DNA of 15,564 nt from Candidatus Heimdallarchaeota archaeon (GCA_021399395.1 JAAFKJ010000045.1:1-15564); one strand, 5' to 3'. Positions 1 through 8,374 are shown, counted from the stretch's first letter. Made by a program: numbers and translations. The notes: generated by a model not told the origin, from the sequence alone.

Positions 1-1388
1 GATGAGAACAAATCATCTGTTAAATATCCTTCATCTATCTTTCGTAAAATCAATCGGAAAGACTTTCTCACTTCATCAACTGTCATCTCATTTTTCTTAG
101 CAAATTGATATTTTGCCTCGGTAGAAATCCAAGGGAGAATTGAAGCTTCTTTGCTATAGATCAGTAGAGCAAAAGTTCTAGCAGTTTCTTGCTCTATTCT
201 TGAAATATCAATCTCATTTAAGGTAAGTTCAGCTTTACTTAGAAGGTCTTCAAGCATCTCTTTGGAACGAATAGGGACTTTCTTTGTATCTAAGATAAGA
301 AGAGCTTGAACTTTATTCTTAATTGTGTCAACTTCTTCTACGATTTCAAGCTTAAAATCCTGATACGTTTCAGCTGATATCGGCGGCGCATCGAAGAAAC
401 TGAAAGATGATTTAGCAGCATGATAGGGTAATGAGAAAAAATTTTCTAAACTTTGATATATTTTGGCCCATCTATAACCGCCATATCTCATCAGAATCAC
501 ACTGCAGTTATGAAAGACTGCATAAATTGGTCCAAAAATTGTAGCAATCCAACTTGCAAGGAGTAATCCAGTACCAAACAGTGCCATTGAATAAATCGGA
601 CCTAATCCAGTAAGGTCCTCAATTAGTCTAAGTAAATCAAGATATTGAAGATAATTTGGTGATCCTAGAGGACCAATTGTTGGTAATAAGTCAAAAGTAT
701 AGAATATGGTTGCATACCCAATTCTAAAGATTCTAACAATCAATGTGGGTATTGCAATAAATACAAGAGGTGTTACAGCTAGATTGATTACTTCCCCTAC
801 TCCTCTCCTAATAGGATAGTTTTTGATCATTTTTTGTTCTTTTAACATTAATTCATCTAGTTCTTCAGAAACTTCCATAATTTCTTGGGATTTTTCCCCA
901 GAAAGGATGTTTGAGGCTACTAAAACATATTTGCGGTAAAGCTGCAATAGAGGGACAAGTTCCCTTAATCCTGTTGGTACTAAAATATCATAAATGACTA
1001 ATAATATCTTGCCAATTACTGATACAAAAGTAAAAAATCCAGCTAATACAATTAGAGAAATCTTTGTAATAAACCTTCTAACTTTTGGTGGTAATAATGT
1101 CTTATACAACCATGAGAACAGCTTAACAAATGGAAAAATAACGATATAATATGCAAGCAAAAAAATGAATGCCACGGGAGCGAAATAAGGAATGATATTC
1201 TCTCTAGTAAAAAACCATGTTTTATCTATCCCTTGTTTAATTGCTTCACTGCTTTCACTACCTTTTCTTTTGAGAAACAATTTTGTATTTTCATAGGAAA
1301 TCTGTAGCTTGGGATGATTCTGCATGAATTTGTGGAATCTGCTTATCTCTTCTTCCTCTTGAATTTGTTTGACCATTTCCTCAACCAT
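1..1388 (-). CDS. Hypothetical multi-pass membrane protein (>460 aa), C-terminus beyond the window's left edge; absent from the ORF track
   Basis: Manual translation from ATG at 1388 (MVEEMVKQIQEEEEISRFHK...) stays open to position 1 (...RKSFRLILRKIDEGYLTDDLFS), with an in-frame TAG just upstream. It has about four hydrophobic segments (e.g. FAPVAFIFLLAYYIVIFPFV, ISLIVLAGFFTFVSVIGKILLVIY, MALFGTGLLLASWIATIFGPIYAVF) followed by a charged helical region. Alternative start at ATG 1376. Confidence 0.85.
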   Translation of the reverse strand, partial: MVEEMVKQIQEEEEISRFHKFMQNHPKLQISYENTKLFLKRKGSESSEAIKQGIDKTWFFTRENIIPYFAPVAFIFLLAYYIVIFPFVKLFSWLYKTLLPPKVRRFITKISLIVLAGFFTFVSVIGKILLVIYDILVPTGLRELVPLLQLYRKYVLVASNILSGEKSQEIMEVSEELDELMLKEQKMIKNYPIRRGVGEVINLAVTPLVFIAIPTLIVRIFRIGYATIFYTFDLLPTIGPLGSPNYLQYLDLLRLIEDLTGLGPIYSMALFGTGLLLASWIATIFGPIYAVFHNCSVILMRYGGYRWAKIYQSLENFFSLPYHAAKSSFSFFDAPPISAETYQDFKLEIVEEVDTIKNKVQALLILDTKKVPIRSKEMLEDLLSKAELTLNEIDISRIEQETARTFALLIYSKEASILPWISTEAKYQFAKKNEMTVDEVRKSFRLILRKIDEGYLTDDLFS

Positions 1389-1436
1389 TGTGATTAGCTA
1401 TTTGTTATTTAATCTCCCATGAGGTACTTACTAATC

Positions 1437-3395
1437 TTACTTCACTAAGTATTCTCTTATATGTGTTTTTGCTAGTTCTATCTCTTCTTCATTGCATTCA
1501 TATAACTCGTATATTTTCTTATCTATAATTTCATCAATTGAAGTAAACTCGTTAGTTTGCTCAAGTAAACGCTTATTTGTTTGTTCTTCAAGAAAATCTA
1601 TTTCCATCCCATTTGGCATTACAACAGGTAGATCGTGTAAATACATGGGAAGATAATGCAGATACTTTCCCATTATTTCAGTACTTGAATACATATTTGA
1701 ATAGAGATGGCTATACAATTCTGAATTGAGTAGAGCTAATATGTATTCTAGACTTATTCCTAGATCCAAAGCTCTCTCCTTAAGATGACCAATTAGAAAA
1801 ATATCTTTACAAGCATAACCTTCAGAATCAATTGTTGCTCTAATTCGAAGAGCATGCTGGCATACTATGATCTTCTTATCTCCAAAGTATTTGTAATTTG
1901 GAAAATTATTTTCCACACTTTTTGCTTTTTTGTGGTCGTAATTTATCCAGTACCCTCTCCAATTTATGTTATAGCGATTAATCTCTCTATTTCCACCATA
2001 AGCTTTACCACCAATAAACTTGATAGGATTTTCTCCAAGTGGATTTTCAGATACGAATAATTCTCTTAAACCACTTTTATGAAATGAAATTGCCCATCTG
2101 AACCGAATAAGGTCACCTAAAGTTAGAGAACTGAGAGAGAATATTCTATTTATCATATCGAGTATAGAGTTTTCGAGTAGATAGATTGTGCTATTTTTTG
2201 TTTTCAAGAAATTATCTACTTCAACAGTTCTCAATCTCTTAGAGAAATTACTATCCACTAGTTCATCATAATCGTTGACTCTAGTAACCCTAGTCTGCTT
2301 TTTTAATGGATTTTGCTTATCCAAAATAATGATGATTGGGTAAACAGCTGGTTGAAATACATTGTTATGAGATAAATCGACAATCTGAGAGATTTGATTT
2401 TCTCTAAGAAATTTTTCTCTCAATTTTCTAGCGTATCTAGAACTGAGAAATTTGTTTGGAATAATATATCCCAACTTTCCATCAGAAGTTAGAAGATTGT
2501 AACCTAAAGAAAGAAAACATGAGTAGATATCAAAATGACCGGTGGCAGCATCAGGAAAGTGGTCTAAACAGATTTGTTTTGTTTCAGAGTCCATTATTTT
2601 TGATTCTATATATGGTGGATTTCCTACAACATACTTGAACTTTGAATTTTTCAGTTCTTTAATTTTCATAACATCATTTTTGTCATTTTTTATAAGCGAA
2701 TTTGTTTGGTAAATACTAGGTTCAAAAATCGTTTCTAAAGAATAATCCTTCCCCAACTGAGAAATAATTTGATTAGCAAGACTAATTTGAGAAATAAATA
2801 CGGCTTCAGGATCGATATCGAAACCGATTATGTTATTACAAACATAATTCTGGATATAATTGGATTCTAAGTTTTGATTTTGTGCAGTCTCAATCACTTT
2901 TTCTGCACTTCTACGCAAAAACAAACCAGAACCACATGATAGATCTATAATCTGTTCTTCATGTTGAAAAATACTAGATTGAAACCCCACTTGTGCTATT
3001 AGATAATCGACTATTTGTAACGGTGTGAATACTATCCCTTTATCTTGAATGTAAGACGTTGTGAGAATATTCTGATATAGGGACCCCAAGATATCTTGAT
3101 GTGAATGTTGTTTGTGTTGAGTCCTCAAATTGAATAAATCGATGTAAATTGAATTAAATGAATTATCTAATGAACCTGATAGAATGGTTGGAAATGATTG
3201 TGATATTCGTTCTTGTTTCTGAAGTAATGTTTCCTCAGGTTTTAGATGGTTATTTATTTCAAGACTAGTGAGAAGGAATAGCTCACCAAGAATACGAAAA
3301 CCTTCTTGATGTACAGTATCTTCTTTGAAACCTTGTTTTAACAACATTCTATCTATTTTTGATAAAATTCTTTCAAGGTGAATCTGAAATCCCAT
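1437..3395 (-). CDS. Amino-DNA (probably N6-adenine) methyltransferase, gamma class, TaqI/Eco57I-like, with C-terminal target-recognition region
   Basis: Motif X GIVFTP, motif I DLSCGSGLFL, GFDID and catalytic motif IV VGNPPY occur in gamma order. The C-terminal KIIV...YILALLNS...LPV segment resembles TaqI-like C-terminal domains. Confidence 0.9.
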   Translation of the reverse strand: MGFQIHLERILSKIDRMLLKQGFKEDTVHQEGFRILGELFLLTSLEINNHLKPEETLLQKQERISQSFPTILSGSLDNSFNSIYIDLFNLRTQHKQHSHQDILGSLYQNILTTSYIQDKGIVFTPLQIVDYLIAQVGFQSSIFQHEEQIIDLSCGSGLFLRRSAEKVIETAQNQNLESNYIQNYVCNNIIGFDIDPEAVFISQISLANQIISQLGKDYSLETIFEPSIYQTNSLIKNDKNDVMKIKELKNSKFKYVVGNPPYIESKIMDSETKQICLDHFPDAATGHFDIYSCFLSLGYNLLTSDGKLGYIIPNKFLSSRYARKLREKFLRENQISQIVDLSHNNVFQPAVYPIIIILDKQNPLKKQTRVTRVNDYDELVDSNFSKRLRTVEVDNFLKTKNSTIYLLENSILDMINRIFSLSSLTLGDLIRFRWAISFHKSGLRELFVSENPLGENPIKFIGGKAYGGNREINRYNINWRGYWINYDHKKAKSVENNFPNYKYFGDKKIIVCQHALRIRATIDSEGYACKDIFLIGHLKERALDLGISLEYILALLNSELYSHLYSNMYSSTEIMGKYLHYLPMYLHDLPVVMPNGMEIDFLEEQTNKRLLEQTNEFTSIDEIIDKKIYELYECNEEEIELAKTHIREYLVK

Positions 3396-3471
3396 TTCAC
3401 TCGCCTGAAATACGCTGAATCGAGAATATATTAATTATTCAAAAACTTTAGTATGTCAGAATTGCAAAATT

Positions 3472-3963
3472 CTACAAATATCTGAATTTTAACTTCTGAA
3501 ATCTTATTTTACAGGAATTACACAGAACCGAAGGTTTCTGGACTAATTTCTCAAAACTATCTGTTTCATTCATCACACAATCGTTTGTGCATTTTACTAA
3601 CCCCAGTACAATCCCAACGAAATAAATTACTTCTTTAGCTACCAAAGTTCTTGTTGCCATCTTTGTGGTGGAAATTATAGCTCCTTTCAGTGGTTCAGCA
3701 TATCCATAAACTGACTGACTATCTACAGCAATAGGATAAGAAATTAGCCACATACAGAAAGTTATACTATCAGAATTGAGATTTCGGACTAATCCTATGG
3801 CATCAAATGAGTTACTTGCAGAATCCCACGCTGTTTTACTTGGTAGTCTCAATCCAACAGATCGAAAACTAATGCCAAAAACATCATTGAGGTGCCTTTC
3901 AACATGTTCTGAAATCTCATCAGGCACTTTTTCTCCATAAAATATCTTAAAATCTCTTGGCAA
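3472..3963 (-). CDS. Archaemetzincin (peptidase M54)-like protein, predicted catalytically inactive
   Basis: Matches the family scaffold (VYGYA, GAIIST, KE...G.VLGL..C-x3-CVM...LCxxC), but HExxHxxGxxH reads YFVGIVLGLVK. TTG start. Confidence 0.8.
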   Translation of the reverse strand: MPRDFKIFYGEKVPDEISEHVERHLNDVFGISFRSVGLRLPSKTAWDSASNSFDAIGLVRNLNSDSITFCMWLISYPIAVDSQSVYGYAEPLKGAIISTTKMATRTLVAKEVIYFVGIVLGLVKCTNDCVMNETDSFEKLVQKPSVLCNSCKIRFQKLKFRYL

Positions 3964-4056
3964 GTTTACTCAAGTGTATTATTGTCAATCAACGCTAATA
4001 ATCTTTATGATTCTCTCAATGGTTTCAGACCTTTTCATGAATCTATTTAAAAGGTG

Positions 4057-4509
4057 TTAAAACCTAGAAAAAGCTAACTTTGAAGATAACACTATTCTTT
4101 CATTTTTACCCATTTTTACTGCATAATTCACTAGTTTAGGATCTTTCCTGAACTCCCATTTTTTGCTTATTTTCATGTTAGGTGGTAAGTTAAAACCAGA
4201 ATTGAAAGTACTGGTTATAATAGTTCGTTTGTTCTTGTGTACGATTGATATATCTGCAATCTCAATATAGCCTTCTTGATTAACTGAAAAAACTTTGACT
4301 AATTCATGAATTTTATCATAGAAAAAAATATTTTTTTCAGATTGGATTTTTGACTTTCCTTTAATTATTGTCGAATTAAATTCTATTATTTCAGAACCTA
4401 TTGATTTTATTGTTAAAGAAGTCTTGAATTCTCCTTCTTCATTCTCCAAATTTCCTTCCCATTCACCATATAGCCATTCTAATTCTGTTATTGGATTATA
4501 GAATTCCAT
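4057..4509 (-). CDS. FABP/nitrobindin (THAP4-like, DUF1794)-type beta-barrel protein
   Basis: N-terminal LEWLYGEWEG fits the calycin GxW motif typical of nitrobindin-like proteins. It is 150 aa with alternating beta-strand patterns and an internal EGYIE motif. Confidence 0.55.
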   Translation of the reverse strand: MEFYNPITELEWLYGEWEGNLENEEGEFKTSLTIKSIGSEIIEFNSTIIKGKSKIQSEKNIFFYDKIHELVKVFSVNQEGYIEIADISIVHKNKRTIITSTFNSGFNLPPNMKISKKWEFRKDPKLVNYAVKMGKNERIVLSSKLAFSRF

Positions 4510-4532
4510 CTCATTTACTACTAATGAATGAA

Positions 4533-4540
4533 TTTAAAAA
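4533..4540. promoter_or_regulatory. Candidate bidirectional TATA box (TTTAAAAA) shared by divergent genes
   Basis: Sits 25-32 bp before ATG 4565 (+) and 24-31 bp before ATG 4509 (-), in the centre of a 55-bp spacer. Confidence 0.5.
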
Positions 4541-4564
4541 GTCTAGCATAGATAATTTTTCAAC

Positions 4565-5293
4565 ATGTCTAAGACTAAGAAGATCGATCTTGAAACTGGA
4601 CAAGTTCTAGATTGGAAAATTGACATAGAACTGTTAACTGAAGCGTTTACACATCCAAATTACATCTCAGAAAATCCTAATGCTAAGGATTTTGAAAGAC
4701 TCGAATTTCTAGGTGATGCTGTATTAGACTTAATGTCAGCTGAATGGTTATTCGGAGAAACTAATGAAGAAGTAGGAATAATGTCACAACTTCGATCGCT
4801 TTTAGTAAGAACAAATGCCCTCGCTGAAGTTGGCAAAAATCTCGGTATAGCAAAACATGTTCGAACAGAGTCAAAGTATCAAGTTGTGGAAACAGATTTG
4901 GAAGATGTAGTAGAAGCTTTATTTGGTGCTTTTTACCTCTCTGAAGGGAGAGATGTTACCCGTGAGTTTTTCAAGAAATTATTCATGAAAAATTTGAAGA
5001 GCTTCAAGAAAGATTTAGAAAATGATGAAGGGCGAGAAAAGATCCTTAGATTGACTGTATGTGAGAATAATCCAATAAATATCTTACAAGAATTCTTCCA
5101 AAAAAGAGACTTAGATCTTCCAGAGTATAATATGATCACAAGAAAGGGGAGTGATCATGAACCAACTTTTCATATGGAATGCAAGGTCGTAATAGAAAAT
5201 CAAATGATCTCAACAGTTGGCAAAGGTCAGAACAGAAAAGCTGCGAAAAAGGAAGCAGCAGATAAGATGCTAAAGAAACTTAAAATTGATTGA
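4565..5293 (+). CDS. rnc: Ribonuclease III (class 1: RNase III domain + dsRBD)
   Basis: Signature ERLEFLGDAVL, AFTHP, second catalytic motif EDVVEALFGA (D114/E117), and C-terminal dsRBD NPINILQE...GSDHEPTF...GKGQNRKAAKKEAA. Confidence 0.96.
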   Translation: MSKTKKIDLETGQVLDWKIDIELLTEAFTHPNYISENPNAKDFERLEFLGDAVLDLMSAEWLFGETNEEVGIMSQLRSLLVRTNALAEVGKNLGIAKHVRTESKYQVVETDLEDVVEALFGAFYLSEGRDVTREFFKKLFMKNLKSFKKDLENDEGREKILRLTVCENNPINILQEFFQKRDLDLPEYNMITRKGSDHEPTFHMECKVVIENQMISTVGKGQNRKAAKKEAADKMLKKLKID

Positions 5294-5342
5294 TTAATTT
5301 TCTTTTCACATTAGGTTTAAGAAGTATAGAGTTCTCTCATTT

Positions 5343-6173
5343 ATGATGAAAGAAGTTTCTATTGATGTTGAAAAAGCTATTAATTTCATCAGAGATAAGG
5401 GAAAAAACATTGATAAGTTGAAACTATGTTTAATGCTAGATGAAAACTCTGACACAATGGATAAACTTTCCAATTATCTAACTTTGCAAAATCCTGACGG
5501 TGGAATACCTTTTCGAATGAGAAAAGATTGTATTAGTACAATAGGTCCAACGATCACATTCTTCAAGGATTTCTTGATACTTGATAAGAAAGATATTGTA
5601 AGTGAATTTCTAGATAACGCAGTAAATTTTATATTAGAAAATCAGCACGAAGATGGGTTTTTTGAAGAACCAATAAGCATAAAAAATTTTGACTACTCTC
5701 CATGGGAAACACCTGGGACTGTACCAAATAGGATTTACTGCACATCGATAGTTCTAAACTTCTTATTAGGGTTGAGAGATACTAGATATGGTAAGATGAT
5801 TCAAAAATGTATAATGTACTTATCACGCAACTGGAGAGATGATACTGGTTTTAAGAGTTATCCACATGCTTTGTGGAATGCAATCCCATCATTCATTAAA
5901 ATCAAGGGTATGGAAGATAGTATCTCACTTCGAGGTCTTGAAATGCTTCAAACCTTTCAACTAAACAGCTACCCTTCTTCCTCATTAGTTTGGATGATTG
6001 AAAGTTTTATCAATACCGATTTAGAAAAACATGATTGTGTATCAACTATTGTTGAGCTATTAGAACAGCGACAATTATCAGATGGACGATGGGCTTCGGA
6101 AGATGGTGAAGAGTATGACCCTTCCACAACTTTAACTGTACTTCTAGTACTTAATAGATTAAACTACATTTGA
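5343..6173 (+). CDS. Prenyltransferase/squalene-oxidase (QW) repeat protein, alpha/alpha-barrel
   Basis: QxxDG repeats LQNPDGG, NQHEDGFF and RQLSDGRW, plus degenerate WRDDTGF, each preceded by an amphipathic helix. Start may be ATG 5346. Confidence 0.75.
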   Translation: MMKEVSIDVEKAINFIRDKGKNIDKLKLCLMLDENSDTMDKLSNYLTLQNPDGGIPFRMRKDCISTIGPTITFFKDFLILDKKDIVSEFLDNAVNFILENQHEDGFFEEPISIKNFDYSPWETPGTVPNRIYCTSIVLNFLLGLRDTRYGKMIQKCIMYLSRNWRDDTGFKSYPHALWNAIPSFIKIKGMEDSISLRGLEMLQTFQLNSYPSSSLVWMIESFINTDLEKHDCVSTIVELLEQRQLSDGRWASEDGEEYDPSTTLTVLLVLNRLNYI

Positions 6174-6225
6174 ATACCCGTGTCCTCAAGAAAGTTTTTA
6201 ATTATCATGTGAAATTCTATTCAGA

Positions 6226-7176
6226 ATGATTATTGATGGACATACAGATGTTTTATGGGCCTTAAAAAGAGAAATGAGACCTTTTAGTGAAGAGTCAGAA
6301 ATAGGTCATGTTGATTTACCTAGATTAAGGAAAGGTGGTGTGGGAGCAGCCTTTTTTGCAATCTTTCCCTCGTGGAGTGATTTTGATATTTATCGAGGAG
6401 TTGACCAATGGTTCAAGTTGATAGAAGATCCCAATAATCAGCTGATGCAGATCAAAAGAGTTGAAGATTTAGAGAAGTGTCGATTGGAGAATAAAGTAGG
6501 TGCAATACTTCACTTTGAGGGAAGCGGTGGTTTAGATTCAGACTTGATGAATCTCAGAAATTATTACAGATTGGGATTAAGGAGTATTGGTTTAAGCTGG
6601 TCAAATGTAAATAAATTCGCAACTGGTGTGTCTTATAATCCACAGACAGGAGAGGGGCTAGAAATAGATAGAGGATTAACTAGTGAAGGACGAGAATTAG
6701 TTAAAGAAATGAATGATTTGGGTATAATTGTAGATGTAAGTCATCTGAATGAAAAATCTTTTTGGGACGTTATCGAAGTTACGACTAAACCGCTAATAGC
6801 CTCTCATAGTAACGCTTATTCTGTATGTGGACATTTTCGAAATCTAAAGGATGATCAGATAAAAGCTGTTGCTGAAAAGAATGGCACTATAGGTCTGAAT
6901 TTCTGTGTGGCTTTCCTTCATTCTGAGAAAAAGAAAGAGGTAATACTACTGGAAGATATGAGAAAACATATAGATTACATCGTTGATTTAGTTGGGATCG
7001 AACATATTAGTTTTGGTTCAGACTATGATGGGGCAACTGTACCTGATGTTGTCAAAGATGTTAGCTATTTCCCAATCTTAGTTAAACATCTAGAAGACAA
7101 TGGATATAGTGAAGAGGATATCGAAAAAATAAGTAGTAAGAATTTCATAAGAGTGATGAAAGACGTCTGGAATTAG
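6226..7176 (+). CDS. Membrane/renal dipeptidase family (peptidase M19)
   Basis: IIDGHTD (HxD), HVDLPRLRKGG, HFEG, VDVSH, ASHSN, RNLKDDQI and FGSDYDG motifs. Confidence 0.95.
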   Translation: MIIDGHTDVLWALKREMRPFSEESEIGHVDLPRLRKGGVGAAFFAIFPSWSDFDIYRGVDQWFKLIEDPNNQLMQIKRVEDLEKCRLENKVGAILHFEGSGGLDSDLMNLRNYYRLGLRSIGLSWSNVNKFATGVSYNPQTGEGLEIDRGLTSEGRELVKEMNDLGIIVDVSHLNEKSFWDVIEVTTKPLIASHSNAYSVCGHFRNLKDDQIKAVAEKNGTIGLNFCVAFLHSEKKKEVILLEDMRKHIDYIVDLVGIEHISFGSDYDGATVPDVVKDVSYFPILVKHLEDNGYSEEDIEKISSKNFIRVMKDVWN

Positions 7177-7177
7177 A

Positions 7178-7648
7178 TTATTCATCCTCTAGATCATCTA
7201 ATTTAGCTAGTTCGAGTTGTCTACCATAGCCTTCGTCAACTTCAAAGATTAAGCCTTTTTCAATTAGCTTATCTACTCTCTCTCTAACAATCCTTCGCGA
7301 AGCTGAACCTCGTTCTTTTCTAACTTCATCCGTAAGTTGAGAGATGTTTAACCTGCCTTTTCGTTCGAGAGAACTAATTACAGATTCAGATATGGTGTCG
7401 TATTTCAAATCAGGAAATCTCATCAATATTTGATCTTTCATGGAAAGAGTTTGAGAAATTAAGGAAAAGGGTGCTTTAGAAATTTGTAAAGCTGAAGTCA
7501 AAACCTGTAATAACCCCATCATCTGTTTAAGTTCTGGATTGCTATCTGAAACTTTATTCTGAAGGGTATTAATTTGAAGAATAACATAATTAATTTTATT
7601 TTCTAATTCTTTCATTCTACCTTCAAGATTTTGTTCTTCTTCAGACAT
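7178..7648 (-). CDS. Coiled-coil plus C-terminal winged-helix (ArsR/MarR-like) transcription regulator
   Basis: N-terminal heptads (LEGRMKELENKINYVILQINTLQNKV) and C-terminal wHTH LNISQLTDEVRKERGSASRRIVRERVDKLIEKGLI. ATG 7648 is preferred over the track's GTG at 7657, which lies in an SD-like GTGAT. Confidence 0.8.
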   Translation of the reverse strand: MSEEEQNLEGRMKELENKINYVILQINTLQNKVSDSNPELKQMMGLLQVLTSALQISKAPFSLISQTLSMKDQILMRFPDLKYDTISESVISSLERKGRLNISQLTDEVRKERGSASRRIVRERVDKLIEKGLIFEVDEGYGRQLELAKLDDLEDE

Positions 7649-7681
7649 TTTAATCACTAAATGCTTTGAAATTTGATAATA

Positions 7682-7972
7682 TTAAATGGCGATTTTTTCA
7701 CTAACTTTTTCCTTTGAATCACTAAATAGATTCTGACTAATGATTTTGCGAATACTAAAGATTTTCATTGACCGCTTATAGGATTGAGTTACTTCTTTTC
7801 TTAATTCCTTAGGCATACTACTATTTCTAATGATTCTTCTAACTTTTCTCTTATTTCTACTTCTCTTATAAGAGTTAGAACCTGTTATAAAGATAAGAAG
7901 TAGAGGAAGAAATAGAAGTAAATATGATACATAATAGATTGAAACTAAGACGTACCAGATTTTGTTCATCAT
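7682..7972 (-). CDS. Small single-pass membrane protein with a highly basic soluble domain
   Basis: Hydrophobic N-terminus WYVLVSIYYVSYLLLFLPLLLIFI followed by KRSRNKRKVRRIIR...MPKELRKEV. Spaced 18 bp and about 33 bp from its co-directional neighbours. Confidence 0.75.
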   Translation of the reverse strand: MMNKIWYVLVSIYYVSYLLLFLPLLLIFITGSNSYKRSRNKRKVRRIIRNSSMPKELRKEVTQSYKRSMKIFSIRKIISQNLFSDSKEKVSEKIAI

Positions 7973-7990
7973 TTTCTACTCAACTACCTT

Positions 7991-8335
7991 TTAGTCGTCT
8001 CTATCGGTTCTAATATTTGCGCTCTTTAAAGCGTTTCCAACAAGATTGAAGCTATTTGAGAAATTCATAACGATTTCTCTAACCATATCCTCTGGTAATC
8101 CTTTTCCTTTCAATTCATCATATAATGCAGCGATTCCTTTTCCAAAATTGGTAGCAATATCTGGATCATAAATTGCAGAAAAGACGTTTCTTATCAAGGA
8201 AGGAACTTCAGAAGAAACTGCGCTTAGAATTTCTTTAATTTCTTCAGCATCCATTTCTACGTTTTTGCTCTTGGTTTTCTTCACTTTTTTCTCGATTTCT
8301 TCACCGAGTTTTTCTCCGAGTTCATCATAATTCAT
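7991..8335 (-). CDS. Hypothetical alpha-helical protein, first gene of a three-gene operon
   Basis: Amphipathic helical sequence (ILSAVSSEVPSLIRNVFSAIYD...LYDELKGKGLPEDMVREIV). ATG 8335 is preferred because SD-like GAGGT (8344-8348) precedes it; the track start is GTG 8350. Confidence 0.8.
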   Translation of the reverse strand: MNYDELGEKLGEEIEKKVKKTKSKNVEMDAEEIKEILSAVSSEVPSLIRNVFSAIYDPDIATNFGKGIAALYDELKGKGLPEDMVREIVMNFSNSFNLVGNALKSANIRTDRDD

Positions 8336-8374
8336 TTTTTTATACCTCACGTTTTATTCTATAATACTCTTGAT

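Noticed and set aside
1854-2060. 68-aa + strand ORF
   Set aside because: Antisense shadow inside the methyltransferase; no motifs.
3424-3441. GAATA...TATTC imperfect palindrome upstream of the MTase, sharing AATTATTCA with the DUF134 palindrome
   Set aside because: Very AT-rich, different spacing, and overlapping a probable TATA region; most likely coincidental.
4029-4055. ACCTTTT...AAAAGGT inverted repeat just after the stop of the 4057-4509 gene
   Set aside because: 7-bp AT-rich stem with a 13-nt loop; weak and expected by chance, so not called as a terminator.
4933-5139. 68-aa - strand ORF
   Set aside because: Antisense to rnc.
8290-8325. Short direct repeat (CCGAGTT x2)
   Set aside because: Explained by the coding repeat ELGEKLGEEIEK.
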